Assembly: GCF_004010195.1 (NCBI RefSeq) | Contig: NC_057719.1 | Span: forward strand, 25,134,809-25,198,808 | Direction of reading: 5' to 3' | From: Chiloscyllium plagiosum | Lineage: Eukaryota | Length of the DNA stretch: 64,000 nucleotides | Shown: positions 11,341 to 24,974 of the stretch, piece by piece | Layout of the letters: every line of letters begins with the position of its first letter | How positions within the stretch are numbered: the stretch's first letter is position 1 | Made by a program: the position numbers and the translations under genes | The notes under the pieces: generated by a model | Seen by the model: the letters and a program-made list of their open reading frames with translations, nothing else | The model's database searches: none | Told to the model about the DNA's origin: nothing

Positions 11341-13668
11341 TCTTGACTCCATCCAGCACCAAGTAATGCATTTGATTTTCGCTCTGTCCAGTAAGTCTAA
11401 ATTCTCCGGCAATCCTCTAAGTTTTTTGTTTTGACAGCACTCCTCAATGCTTAACTTTTCAACACCTAGAAGGATGTAAGCTGCACATACATTTGAACAC
11501 TCCTTTCCTCCAAGCCCCAGTCAATTCAGATTTGAAATTATGTTACTGTATATCTTCATAGGACTAATTCTGTAACTAACCACCTAACAGCATCTGTGAA
11601 ACATCTTCACTACAGAGCAAAGTTTTATCATCATCATCATCCTGAGACATGTAAGTTCTGACCTTGCATTTCAAGAATGAATGACTCATTTTCAAAAATT
11701 GCTTTGGCAGTTCATGAGGAACAATTACTAAAGTATGCTTATAGCCCTGCAGTTTCAAGCTCTTCCTGTTTGATTGGTTTAATCTAATTGTTTTATTGAA
11801 ACAGCCTCAAAACAGTTTGTGTGTGTGTGTATGTATGTATGTGTGTATATATACAGCTTAATTCAGATATCTATCACAGCTAACATACAAAGAACATTTT
11901 CGCATAAATATAAAACTTCTAATGAGTGCATAAGTCTTTTTAGAATTTTAGCTATTTGCCTGTTCCTATTGTCTGCAGAGACTTTGTGAAGCAAAGGTTA
12001 AAAAACAAAACATTTTATTTCTGTCCAAGATTTTCACTTTCCTGTTGCTGTTCAGAACTCTGTTTTGTTTTTATAGCTTTTTGTAGTTCAGAGAGAGGGC
12101 AAATTGATACATTTCAGTCAAAATCATCTGGTATAATTTCAGTGACATGCCCCTCATCTTTGTTCACTTCACAGTCATTGTCTGAGCATTCTGCGTTCTG
12201 TGGCAAATCATCCTTTTGCTGTGTGGCAATCATGGGTGAAGGAAAATCATAATTGCTGCTTTTATATCATCACCTTAAGAGATTGGTCACCACCATAGTA
12301 TTGAAGAATCACAGATTCCTTATCCTTAATGCACAGAATTTAGTATGTGGTAGATCAAATTCTCTCGTAGCGAGGTTTTTTTTTTATGGCAAACCACATC
12401 CTCTTGTACAAATGTAATGCTTGGCTGATTAAAGAATTGTGTTAAACTAATATGGGATCTAGAATGATGACTTCTTCTTAGAAATTGAACAATGTTTATT
12501 TAATTGGGATGGTAAGTAATGGAATGAGGTCTCTTTTATCAGTTAAATACTGTAGTTTGGTATCTTTTTTAAATCCAATAGTTTTGTGTTGGTTATATTA
12601 CAGAAGTCATGGTTAATAGCATCCAACCATACCTGTGAGTTTGGAAACTTGTATTAAACTTTTTTAAAAAAAATTAGAATTTTAAAAAATAAATCTGTTA
12701 TCTTCAAGATTGCCTTTTTTTTGAGATCTGATCTGCTATTGACCTTTCTAATATGGTTTTAGTCCCACAGTGATGTTGTTTTAGAAATGATCTAGCCATC
12801 ACTCACTGGCTTGGTGTTAAACAATTGTCAGTTTCTCCACCTTGAGGGACATGGGAACATTGACTAGAAGTTGTGCACTGTCTTGATTTGGACATGTGTT
12901 GACCCCATTTTTTTTTTGGATCAAGATCCTGGAACTCCGTACCTAACTGCATTGTGGAGGGGCTTCCATTAAATGTATTGCAGCGATTCAAGAAGAAAAC
13001 TTGTGTATACCACCTCAAGGGCATTTAGGGGATGGACAATACACGTGGGCCTTGTGTGTAGGACCCATGCCCCAAGAGTGTATTAAAATGCAATAATAGA
13101 TATTTTATGTCATTAGGCAGCGTGAAAGTGTTTTCAATATATGTAATCATTTTACCAAACCATTTAAAAATAAATACAAAGAAAGGGCACCTTGGTTTTA
13201 ATAAAGAAAGTTGCTGAGATTGACTTTTCAAAAAGATGTGTTTTTGTAACCTTGATAGAAGAGAATTTATGTCTCTGTCATTTTTATAACCAAGTCCAGT
13301 CATGTATGTGATCTCTGTAGCAACCTTGCGCATGATTGCACTGTACATAATATTACATATATCATCTAGACATTTATATTCCTCTAAACCTGGCTACACA
13401 TGTGGGTTATAGTCAAAGTATAAACTTTGTGTTCAAAACTAATTTGGACTGTATTATGATACAGTCCCTGAAATTGAAGAATGGATTTACTATTGCACGA
13501 CCAATTACTTCTGTTTGAAGAAGGGGAGTAGCTTTCCATCAGCTCAAATTTGCTTCTTTTTTGTATGACTGTCTTTTGAACTTAATGTGGCTTCCATTGA
13601 GTATGTGATCTCTGAAATGGGCCTACTATATGTGTGTCAAACTTCTGGCTTGGGAGAAGTAGAAATCA

Positions 13669-13861
13669 TCAAGGAGAAAGTGAGGACTGCAGATGCTGGA
13701 GATCAGAGCTGAAAATGTGTTGCTGGAAAAGCGCAGCAGGTCAGGCAGCATCCAAGGAGCAGGAGAATCGACGTTTAGGGAAGGGCTCATGCCCTAAACG
13801 TCGATTCTCCTGCTCCTTGGATGCTGCTTAACCTGCTGCGCTTTTCCAGCAGCACATTTTC
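13669..13861 (-). mobile_element. Fold-back Penelope terminus (family B) with 14-bp TSD
   Basis: 72-bp arms 13709-13780/13792-13863 (3 mismatches), 11-nt loop; tail on the left only; AGAAGTAGAAATCA at 13655-13668 and 13862-13875. Confidence 0.92.
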
Positions 13862-14751
13862 AGAAGTAGAAATCAGCCAGTTTTCCCATTCCGCATTGCC
13901 CTGCAGAAATCCCTGCTGAATATACCTGAATGTGCGTTGAGGATACGTTTAGGTTTGGTTGTGATTTTCCTGTCCTATTGATACTCTGCTGCCAAGCATG
14001 TAATTGCCACTTGGTTGAGAAGCAGGAGGCTGGATCATGGAATGGTGTTGGGGCAAGAAACCAGTTTGAGTGGTTGAGAAACCAATACCTTGTTTTTAGA
14101 TCATTGGGCAAAGGTCTGCCCAGATTTAGCCAAAAAAAACCTCCTGTCATTTGGAGAGATGGTGAGGATGCAAAATGAAAAATCTGAATTATGGGGCATC
14201 TGGGGATGTAATACTGAGTCTAAAACTAGCTAAAAACATTTACATTTCAGTGCAAGCTAACTTATGGAGTGAGTGGGCGATAGTTTCTCTCCACTGTGCC
14301 CACAGCTGTTATTGACTGAAACCATTATGACACTTTTAATCAGTGTAAGGCTATAATTATATGTTTATTTCATGTGGAAAGGGTGTAGAGCTGTTTTCAT
14401 CATTGTGGTTTTTGGTCTTGTTTACTTTTAATGCAAATTTTTCTGGTATGTAGATGGCTCTGTCCCGCTTTTCTGATGTACACTTTGAGTTAGTGTTAAT
14501 CCTTTTTGGATTATCATATTGTACAAAGGAAAGGATTTCAAGTCTCTCAGAGAAGATATTTGCACGTAATAAGTTACAAAAGTAATAAGGCTTGTTTGAA
14601 TACTGAATATGTAGGAAAGAGCTGTGATCATGAGTGGGTCCAAAATCTGAAGTTGACCTTCTGACGAAAGGTCCTTATTTGTAACTTTAGACTAGTTGCT
14701 GCTTGACCTGCTGAATATTTCTAGCATTTTCCGTTTTTACTTTGTTTCCAG

Positions 14752-15300
14752 TGTTATGGACTAGACAAACCCACCAAACCTTAGCCTAGACCCTAATTTT
14801 TTTTCTCATTTTAAAGATAAATACCAGGCTTTGCATTCCAGAAACAGTTCAATTGGTCAAAGTATTAGTCTTGAAGCAAAATATATTTTATTCGTATATT
14901 GTAGTTAAAAATGGCAAAAAGAAGAAATTGGAATAGCTTAACTCTATTAGAAACCTTAATAGAATAATAGATTATTTAACTGTAACTGTTCCAATATAGT
15001 AGCATCCCATAAACTCGGTCTTTGCAAAGGCAAATTCAGTTAAACAGATCACCTCAAATGCAATACTAGCAGCAGAAAGAGAACCCCAGCTTTTAGCTGT
15101 AACAGAGAGAGGAAAAACAACTTCCAAACCCAGCAGCAACTGAAGGCTAAAACTTAAAAAAAAAAAGTCCTGGTTTTCTGGGAGCTTAAGCACCCCCACC
15201 CCCATCATTCAGGCAGCTCCTATTGTTCCAACTTTTTAAAAAAAAAACCCAAGGTCTCAAGCTGTTTACTGTATTGGCTTTGAGGCCGACCACTCACCTC
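14752..15300. mobile_element. Possible LTR remnant
   Basis: Starts TGTTATGGAC like an LTR terminus and has repeat-like composition; no partner LTR or TSD found. Confidence 0.3.
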
Positions 15301-15304
15301 AAAC

Positions 15305-15580
15305 TCAACACTGAAGTGCTGCTGTCATTTCAGATGTGAGATTGATGCCCTGTCTGCCCTCTCAGGAAGATATCAAAATTTCTTTTCCACTGACTGAGGA
15401 ATAAATATTGGCTACAGATATCACACCTGCTCTTTCAATGTAATAAAAAGCATGATCTGATGACAATCAAATAGATTGTAAATTAGCAGACATGTTATCT
15501 GTATTGCAGCAGTGACTTCACGTTAAAAGTATTCTAATAGCTATAAAGCCCTTAAGATTTCTGGTGGTCATGAAATAGTT
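15305..15580 (+). mobile_element. Deu-domain SINE remnant
   Basis: CCCTGTCTGCCCTCTCAGG core and AGTGACTTCAC...AAAGTATTC tail, similar to 33915-34140 and 61981-62372. Confidence 0.5.
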
Positions 15581-15651
15581 TTTCTTTTAACTTTCCACAT
15601 TTTTATCATTCTTGAGTTTTTCTCAATGTTTTGTTTTTAATTCATTGATAT

Positions 15652-15975
15652 GGCCGGCACGGTGGCACAGTGGTTAGCACTGCTGTCTCACAGCGCCAGA
15701 GACCCGGGTTCAATTCCTACCTCAGGCAGACTGTCTGTGTGGAGTTTTGCACATTCTCCCCATGTCTGCGTGGGTTTCTTCCGGGTGCTCCGGTTTCCTC
15801 CCACAGTCCAAAAATGTGCAGGTTAGGTGAATTGGCCATGCTAAGTTGCCCATAGTGTTAGGTGAAGGGGTAAATGTAAGGGAATGGGTCTGGGTGGATT
15901 GTGCTTCGGTGGGTCGGCGTGGACTTGTTGGGCTAAAGGGCCTGTTTCCACACCGTAAGTAATCTAATCTAATCT
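15652..15975 (+). mobile_element. HE1-like tRNA-derived V-SINE, full length
   Basis: A box TGGCACAGTGG, B box GGTTCAATTCC, V-domain (TGTGTGGAGTTTTGCACATTCTCCCC...GGTTTCCTCCCACA), LINE-like tail, (AATCT)3 end. Confidence 0.92.
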
Positions 15976-16857
15976 CTGATGCACACTAGGAACGAGTGGA
16001 ACTAATCCTGACTGCCATCTAAATTATATTCTTCGTAAATCCCCCTTGGTGAGTGTCAGTGAGATATTTAGTTATAAAGACTATCACAGTTGATCCTCAT
16101 TGCATCCTATTACTGTTACATATGCAGACGCTTCTACTTTATGTAGCATTAATCCCATGTAAGTAATCCAGATTGATTTTTTTTTCTGCTCCCTAGCCCA
16201 TTATTGTTTGGGAGAGATGGTCCGATGACCTTCCCAAGTCTCTTCTCGGAATGGCACTAAGTGGTAGCATGCTTATGCAGTAATTCATTTAAGAGCAATG
16301 CGGTTAAAAATAATGTATGCTATCCATTGTTAAGCAGCTGTGTTTTTCAGTGCGCTTTAGTTTCAGAATCCTCTAGTTGGTTCTTGGCCTAGTTCACATT
16401 AGAAGGCCTTTAATTATTTACCTGTACTGAACATAAGGAACCTACATGGTTCAAAAATCAGAAACATTCCACTATATAGTGTTCCAAACAGTCGCTTTAG
16501 TGGGTAAGCAGCAGTGATGGCTGCTGGGATTGTGGCACTGAAATCAATGCTGGTGATTCTTCAGCAAGACACCGTTGTCATGTTTTTACTGAATAGTGCG
16601 GACTTAATACTCTTAAGACCACAACTGAATTTACAGACTGCTTGAACGTTCTTTGTTTAATTTAATTAGAGTAACAACATCACACTTTATTTAGCGTCAC
16701 TCTGTAAAATAAGAAGCATGTTTTGATTTGTAATGTGAAGTTTAAAACGGTAACTAACAGCACAGTGTTTAATGTGAACTCAGCATCAAGAGATTCTCTC
16801 ATGCCCTGCTTCCAACACCTCATTTCAAAGGCATGCATTAAAATGATTACTGCTTTA

Positions 16858-17385
16858 GCCAGGGCTCAGTTGGTAGCACACTTGGCATAAGGAGTCATAA
16901 AGTTATGGATTAAAATTCCATTCCAGTGCGTTCCAGCCATATTTCAGGCAGTCACTTCAGTGCATTATTGAAGGAGAGCAATATTGTTGGAGGCACAATC
17001 TATCAGTTGTGATCTTGAACTGCAAAGTCCCAATGATGTTATTCAAAAATGAACAGTCGTGTACACCTAGTGTTGTATTAATTCATTAACCAATATTACT
17101 GGTAATTGCTATTACAATAGTCCCAGGGGAACATAAGGCTGCTCTCTCATTAGAGGGAAATGTCTCCTGGTAGTTTTATCTGAGAGTCACCATGTCTCAA
17201 GCAAGGGGCAAGGTTGAGAAGAAGGGACCCTCACTAAAAATCAGATTTTCCCTATTGGAAGAATTTTTTCACTGCAAACTGGTTGCCATGGTTCCTGTAT
17301 TATAGTGGTAACCACACTTCAAGCATTATTGGCTTTATAGTGTTTTGTAACGTCCAGTGCTTGTGAAACCTGCTACATTTAAAAC
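16858..17385 (+). mobile_element. Deu-domain SINE (SacSINE1-like), old, with an internal insertion
   Basis: GGCTCAGTTGGTAGCAC head, CAGTGCATTATTGAAGGAG core, tail ending TGTGAAACCTGCTAC. Confidence 0.6.
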
Positions 17386-18129
17386 TCATTTCTACCTAAT
17401 GATGCAATATGAGGGGAACGGATTTCCAATTATAATCAAGAAAAGATAACCAGCGAGGTGGTTTCAACTTGTCAGAAATGTGTCATTATAGTAAGATAAA
17501 ATGCACAGAATTCAAAGTCTGCCTTTGTCCATCCATTTCTGACTTTAACTGATCCTTCTCTACAAAGTGGGTTTCTCATTGAAATTTGTTTTCTGGCAGA
17601 AGAGAGTATTTAAAAGATGGTCTAGCTGTTCATGCAACATTACTACACTGGCCACGCCAATATGGCTGTCAGCTGCAGTGAAATGAACCCTCAACACTTT
17701 TACAGAGGAATTGTCATTGGCTGAAAGCAAGAAATTTCACCATTTTAACATGGCCATTAGCCTATCCTGAATTACAGCAGGTTATTTGCTAAATCTGATT
17801 CCTGATGTAGGTGAAAAGTGACCTTCAAAAACTGGTCCAACTGATGCTTTAGTTCACTTCAGAGAGATCTTTCTCTGATCTATGTAGAGCAGTTGCTCAT
17901 GACAAAGCCAGTCAGTCTGAAAACTGCCCTGGACCATAATGTTTGAGCATACTTTCTCTTATCTCTCGATATTCCAGTTAAGCGTAATGTTCCAGAGTCA
18001 TCCATATGTGTTGCTGGCTTGGGGCTGGCTTGGGGCTGGACCTGCAGCCCACTTACTGAAGGTCATACATCGTTACAGTCTACAGCCGTTTTGGTGATAC
18101 AGGACATCGAGCATTGCTGAAAAACCACA

Positions 18130-18480
18130 CATTTTGTCAAAGCTTTTCACCTTGCAGTCATCATGACAATTAATAAGAAATACCAAAGTAAATGAGAAAC
18201 AACACTTATACTGCAAGATAGGAGACCACTGCTAGGTTGACAGGTGGATTCTGGTAGAGGCATTACCACGCAGAATGCATTATTTCATGATTACTGACAA
18301 TTAACAGAAAGAAATGCAGACAGCATGTGTATGTGCACTGTGCCTGTTTCAATGCAGTGAAGTAAATGACAGTCATTCTCTCATTTATTTCTTAGGGCAA
18401 AGTCTTGACCAATCAATCTGCCTGTTTTTAAACATTTCAAACCAAGCTTGGCAGCTTAACTGGATGAATGTTGTTAGTGA
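18130..18480. mobile_element. Old Penelope-like terminal remnant with a hammerhead-like motif on -
   Basis: Minus strand 18136-18167: GTC-aTGATGA-ctgcaaggt-GAA-AAGCTT-T-GAC. Confidence 0.45.
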
Positions 18481-18654
18481 CTGTTCAGCCACAGTCTTTA
18501 GCAGAGAAAACCAAACTGTTTAATTTCATTTGTGTTAACTTTGGGAGCAAAACACCATTTACACAGGAGATTTGAAAAATGGATGACAGCTGATTTTCCC
18601 CCATCCACAAATGATCACGTGTAATAGAGTCCTCAGTTACTAACAGTGCCAGAA

Positions 18655-18975
18655 GCATAAAGCCATAAGATAAAAAGCGGCAGAAGTAGACTATTGGGCC
18701 TACTGTGTTTGCTGTGTCATTAAAATCGATCATAGCTGATCTGATAAATCTTTTAACTCCACTTTTTTGCAGTTTTGCCCCATGACTCTAGATTCCCTTA
18801 CTGATGAACATTCTGTCTCTCTCCGCTTTGAAATATTCTTTATGATCTAGTCTCCAGGACCCTTTTATAGTAAAGAATTTCACATATTCATTCCCTACCA
18901 AGGGAAATAAATCCTCCTCGTCCCTGTCTTCAATGACAACCACCTTACTCAGATCCTGTTGTCTGGTCCTGGATA
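18655..18975 (-). mobile_element. CR1 LINE 3' fragment (old)
   Basis: Reverse complement of a 3' tail similar to 41640-41900. Confidence 0.65.
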
Positions 18976-18989
18976 CTCTGTCCTTCCAC

Positions 18990-19960
18990 CGAGCAAGTCT
19001 CCCATGCTAAAGCCAATCAATCATCCTTTAGGCATTTTCACTCACTAGAGTGTAATGCCACCACCAAAAACATCTTTCTCTCCCTTTCGGTTCTCTAAAG
19101 GTACTGTCCACTCTGTGACACCTGAGGCTCAATCTGCAAATATCACCAGTAGCACCTCTCTCTCAAAGACAGGAATAGCAGTAATTTTGCCTCCTCCCTT
19201 CCCTCTGCCCGTGGCATTGAATGTTATTTTCTACAGGCGAAACCGTGGTTTACTTCACAGAATCTCACAATTGTTGCAGAACAGAAGGAGCCATTGGACC
19301 CTTTATCTCTACTTGCTATAGGCTGCTCACCCAGTGCTAATTGATGCTTTCTGCCTAAAGCCCTGCACATTCTTCTGTTTTAAATTAACCATTAAACTTA
19401 TCTTTTAAATGTCTCAACTGTACCTACCTCTACCAGCATTCTCGTGCTTCTCTTAATTTTGTATAGTGTATTCTATTCTCACTGTTGTGATCTCCTAATA
19501 TTGGAAACTATTACAGGTATAGGTAATTCCTTGGCCAAACATGGCTATTCATGAGCATGATTTGAGCTCCTGGTCATTTGTCATTTTAATTCTCTATCCC
19601 ACTCTCATTTTACCCTCTGTCTCTCTCATTGTTCAAATGAAGCTCAATTAGAGTTGGAGAAAGAGAATCTGATCGTCCAATAAGGTACTTTACAGAATTT
19701 CAGACTCAACATTTGTATTCAACTGTTTCAGGTCATAGCCATTATTCCCATTTTTCTGTAGAGCAGTTGTTTGTAGAGATCCAGCTTTTAACACTTCCGT
19801 CTTCATTCACCCAATTTTTTGCTTGCTTGTTCCATTCCACTGACTTTTACCTTGCACCATCACTCTTTTTTTGACAATAACCAACATTTCCATTCCCTCC
19901 GCTCCCGTCTGTCATTGTTCACTTTGACCCTCTATTGTTTGAAAGTCTGTAGCTTTTTCC
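18990..19960 (+). mobile_element. Decayed Penelope-like element (GIY-YIG remnant) with a nested LINE tail
   Basis: CHFNSLSHSH...HCSNEAQLELEKENLI..GTLQ at 19579-19695, homologous to 5760-5900. Confidence 0.6.
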
Positions 19961-20589
19961 GGTATCTGTACAGAGTCTTGCTCAACTTGATGGAGTGAAT
20001 GGTTTAGTACTTCACCTATGTCTTTTTGGCTTAATGACCAATTATGACTCCTGATCCACCAACGCCAAGACTTTGAGCTTGAAATCCATTACTTTTAAAG
20101 TATTTCCCTAAAGTTTCTTTTCAAAGAAAACTTCAGGCCACAGCTCTTGAACTGTGATTTGACATCGCCATGATTTATTTTTGGTAAATCCGCATCGAAT
20201 AATTGTTGGTGACTGAAGATTGTTTGCACCTTCAAAGTATAATGCACTAGCTCCTAGGTATGTTTTCAAATCCCTCCATGACCTCTCTCCTCATTCCTCC
20301 TCTGACCCTTGGAAAGTCTAAATTTCCAGAATTCCTGCACTCTCCTAATTCCAATGTTGCTCATATGTTTGTCCAGTCATTGGTTGCCCTGTAGTCATGG
20401 GCTGAGCAGTAATCTATCAGTGCAGCTGTATGGAATATGTTTCACAAAGTTTCTGTATGTTGAGTCTGAAAGTATAAAGGTTTTGCAGTCTGGGAACCAA
20501 AAGTCATAACCATTGACTATGTAATAGCAGCATGCAAATGCAGGTGATTACTGTGAAAGGCTCAATTAAATGGAGTTTTATGTCTTTGA

Positions 20590-20905
20590 GAACTCCCAGG
20601 GTTGAAATGTCTAATACTAGGGGGCATACATTTAAGGTTAGAGGAGGAAAGCTCAAACAAGATGTGAGCGGCAAATTTTTGTTTGAGTGGTGGGAGTTTG
20701 CAAAGTGCTGTCAGGGATGATGGCGGAGGCAGATACAATAGAGATGTATTATGGATCTTTCACCCTGAATATAGAAGAAATGGGGGTGGGGTGTGTGTGT
20801 GGAATATGGACTAAGGGCAGGCAAAAGGGATTGGTCTAATTTGGTGTCATGTTCGACACAACATCATGGGCCGGGCCTGTTCCGGTGCTGTACTGTTCCA
20901 TGTTC
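20590..20905 (+). mobile_element. CR1 LINE 3' fragment
   Basis: PRVEMSNTRGHTFKVRGGK and tail GTGCTGTACTGTTC. Confidence 0.8.
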
Positions 20906-21309
20906 TAGAACTGAAGTCACAGTTGGCCGCTGGTCCAATAGAAGAAATGACACTTGCTGCTATATCTGAAGTTTTGGAAACTCAAATGTTAGCATCTTTC
21001 TTGCAATTAATTCTCTGCTTGGAATCCAATTGGCAACTAAATTGCTGTGATGAATTGGTGCTGGACGGGTTAGTGCTGTATTAACTCTTGCAAAGAAGAG
21101 TAAGAACGTACACTGTACCGAGCAGAATTGTCCTTCGCTTTCCTCAGCATCATTTTCTTTTTCTTATTGTTCCATCTGCATTTGTTCACCACGAAGAGAT
21201 CCGATAATCATAGAGTTCACAATAGACCAATCAGTTATCCTGGCTTGACCTTTTTGTTGCTGAGTAGTCTGTGTTCTTCAGTGTTATTTTCTGGGTCTGT
21301 CGATTGTGA

Positions 21310-23765
21310 AGGAACTAAAATGGCCTTTAGTAGAGTGATATGCGCTTCTTGTCAGATGTAGGAATTTAAAGAGAGTTTCAGGATTATTGCGGATTATATC
21401 TGCAATAAATGCTGTTGGTTGCAAATCTTATTGAATGGATCGGTTGGAGAGGGCAACTAGAAGCAATGAGGAATTTGCAACAGCAACAGTATGTGACAGA
21501 TGGTAGTAATAGGAAGGGGGGAAATGTCTCAGATACAGTCACATAGATGGGTTAACTCCAGGAAAGGTAAGAGAGGTAGGCAGCTAGTGCAGGTGCCTTC
21601 TGTCGCTATACCCATTTCAAACAAGTATGCTGTTTTGGAAAATGTAGGAGAACATAGCACGAACAGCCAAGTTTCTGGTGTTGATACTGGCTCCAATGCA
21701 ATGAGGGGTATGTCTGGTTCCAAGAGATCAATTGTGTTAGGGGACACTGTAGTCCAAGGTACAGACAGACGTTTCTGTGGCCAGGAGCAAAAAATCAGAA
21801 TGGTGTGTTGCTTCCCTGGTGCCAGGATCAAGGATGTCTCTGAGAGGGTATAGAATATTCTCAAGGGGGAGAGGGCCCAATATGGACAATGACATAGGAA
21901 GGGAAAAGGTTGAGATTCTGAAGGGAGATTACAGAGAGTTAGGCAGAAATTTAAAAAGAAGGTCCTCAAGAGTAGTAATATCTGGATTACTCCCGGTGCT
22001 ACGAGCTAGTGGCTGAGGAGCCAGTGTACAGGAGAAGGATTCACAATTTTGGAGCATTGGAATCTCTTTTGGGGTAGAAGTGATTTGTACAAGAAGGACG
22101 GTTTGCACCTAAATTGGAAGGGGACTAATATACTGGCAGGGAGATTTGCTAGAGCTGCTTGGGAGGATTTAAACTAGTAAGGTGGAGGTGTGGGACCCAG
22201 GGAGATAGTGAGGAAAGAGATCAATCTGGTGCAGTTGAGAACAGAAGCGAGTCAAACAAGCAGGCAGGGACAAGGTACAACTAAAAAATTAAACTGCATT
22301 TATTTCAATGCAAAGGGCCAACAGGGAAGGCAGATGAACTCAGGGCATGGTTAGGAACATGGGACTGGGATATCATAGCAATCACAGAAACATGGCTCAG
22401 AGATGGGCAGGACTGGCAGCTTAATGTTTCAGGATACAAATGCTTCAGGAAGGATAGAAAGGGAGGAAAGAGGAGGGGGAGTGGCATTTTTGATAAGGGA
22501 TAGCATTGAAGCTGTGCTGAGGGAGGATATTCCCGGAAATACATCCAGGGAGGTTATTTGGGTGGAACTGAGAAATAAGAAAGGGATGATCACCTTACTG
22601 GAATTGTAGTATAGGCCCCCTAATAGTCAGTGGGAAATTGAGAAACAAACTTGTAAGGAGATCTCAGCTATGGACTCGAGTAAGGCATTTGACAAGGTTC
22701 CCCATGGGAGACTGATTAGCAAGGTTAGATCTCATGGAATACAGGGAGAGCGAGCCATTTGGATACAGAACTGGCTCAAAGGTAGAAGACTGAGGGTGGT
22801 GGTGGAGGGTTGTTTTTCAGACTGGAGGCTTGTGACCATTGGAGTGCCACAAGGATCTGTGCTGGGTCCTCTACTTTCTGTCATTTACATAAATGATTTG
22901 GATGTGAGCATAAGAGGTACCGTTAGTAAGTTTGCAGATGACACCAAAATTGGAGGTGCAGTGGACAGCGAAGAAGGTTACCTCAGATTACAACAGGATC
23001 TTGATCAGATGGGCCAATGAGCTGAGAAGTGGCAGATGCATTTTGGGAAAGCAAATCTTAGCGGGACTTATCCACTTATTGGTAAGGTCTTAGGGAGTGT
23101 TGCTGGGCAAAGAGGTCTTTGAGTGCAGGTTCATAGCTCCTTGAAAGTGGAGTCGCAGGTAGATAGGATAGTGAAGAAGGCGTTTGGAATGCTTTCTTTT
23201 ATTGGTCAGAGTATTGAGTATAGGAGTTGGGAGGTCATGTTGATACTGTACAGGACATTGATTAGGCCACTGTTGGAATATTGCGTGCAATTCTGGTCTC
23301 CTTCCTATCGGAAAGCTGTTGTGAAACTTGAAAGGGTTCAGAAAAGATTTACAAGGATGTTGCCAGTGTTGGAGGATTTGAGCTATGGGAGGCTGAACAG
23401 GCTGGGGCCGTTTTCCCTGGAGCGTCGGAAGCTGAGGGGTGAGGGGCATGGATAGGATAAATAGACAAAGTCTTTTCCCTGGGGTGGGGAAGTCCAGAAC
23501 TAGAAGGCATAGGTTTAGGGTGAGAGGCAAAGATATAAAAGGGACCTAAGGGGTAACTTTTTCATGCAGAGGGTGGTATGTGTATGGAATAAGCTGCCGG
23601 AGGAACTGGTACAACTGCAACATTTAAAAGGCATTTGGATGGGTATATGAATAGGAAGGATATGGGCCAGGTGCTGGCAGGTGGGAATAGATTGGGTTGG
23701 GATATCTGGTCGGCATGGACGAGTTGGACTGAACTCTATGCTGTATATCTCTATGACTCTATGAT
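21310..23765 (+). mobile_element. CR1 LINE with ORF1 (Zn-finger plus SGNH esterase) and internally deleted ORF2 (APE start, RT), pseudogenised
   Basis: VICASCQM/YICNKC; IVLGDT...CFPGARIKDV...DGLHLN; IYFNAK...[38 protein letters not shown]; intact 3' tail; stops and frameshifts throughout. Confidence 0.93.
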
Positions 23766-24477
23766 TGAGTTGGTTCTGAATAGAGTGGAAAGTTTTGAAA
23801 CTCAGCACTCTCTCCTCATTCCTGTCCCAGCCTTGGTGTCGCTGATGGCTGACAGTCACAACGATGCAATCCTTTAAGATAGACCTGTGGTAGAGGTTCT
23901 CAGAAATCTATCCCATTTGGAAGCAGTTAAGAGGATGGGCTGTGTGTGTCACTTGTGGTCTTTGCCAACATTCATTGAGGTTTCTGTTCACAATGTGAGC
24001 AACTTGTAATTGATGTAACCTTTCTTTTCACGCAAAGCAAACTGGAAGATTCTTGATGCTTTTCTGAAGTTGTGTGTAATGTTCACTGCTCAATGCAATG
24101 CAATTAAAACCTGTACTGAGAGACCCAGCTTCCAAGAATGAAAATACTCAGTCAGCCAACAACTGTTCAGAGAGATACAAGTTATTGGTTAGAACCTTGC
24201 ACCTTGCTTCCCTGGTAGTTTTTGTGGTTGGGGAGGAGGTGATGGGGTGGCAGGTGAGCTATAGGTGGCAACGCCAACGCCACCTTGCTCCTCCCCGATT
24301 GGTTGGATTGGCAGGCTGGCCTGTGGATGACCTTCCCACCCTGTGCCAGTTGAAAATGGGCATGAATGGCCCACTTAAGGGCCTCACCCCACAGGCCCAT
24401 TGAGGAGGCTCTTCACAAAGGGAGCATGATCAATAAACTTCCTGTTCAACTCCCTGCTTGAGAGGGTTTGAAGGTCT

Positions 24478-24565
24478 GAGCTGAAAAATGTGTTGCTGGA
24501 AAAGCGCAGCAGGTCATGCAGCATCCAAGGAGCAGGAGAATCGACGTTTTGGGCATAAGCCCTTC
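24478..24565 (-). mobile_element. Penelope family B terminus with 15-bp TSD
   Basis: AGGGTTTGAAGGTCT at 24463-24477 and 24566-24580; element truncated inside the hammerhead core (minus strand TGAAGGGCTTATGCCCAAAACGTC). Confidence 0.88.
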
Positions 24566-24974
24566 AGGGTTTGAAGGTCTTCATTGCCTCCTTTAAGGAA
24601 CCTGGCAACAAGAGGGCACAACCCCATTAACCACCACCCACCTGCCCATGAACCAACTAGCCCCACAACCTGCTTGCCACCATCTTTCATTCACTAGTGC
24701 ATGGACATCTCTTCAATTCGAGGCCTTTGATAGCTCTGCTACTGCTAGCAGCCACCACCCTCAGCTGGGATTGCTGAACACAGGAACTGCCAGTCTTTGA
24801 TCTGCTCCCATTGGACAAGACCTCCACCTCTGGTGCCAAGGAAGACCCACTGAGTGGCAGCAGAGGCATTGGACATCCCCTAATAGAGGCAATATTGGAG
24901 TCTCGTTCAGTCTCCTGCAGGCAGTTGAGAAACCGTCCTCTACAGGCTCCTGCCTGGCCTGTTGGGCCAGTGGC

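Noticed and set aside
15652..15725. tRNA gene
   Set aside because: A/B boxes are followed by the V-domain and LINE-like tail, so this is a SINE head; the same applies at 25667, 29997 and 60941
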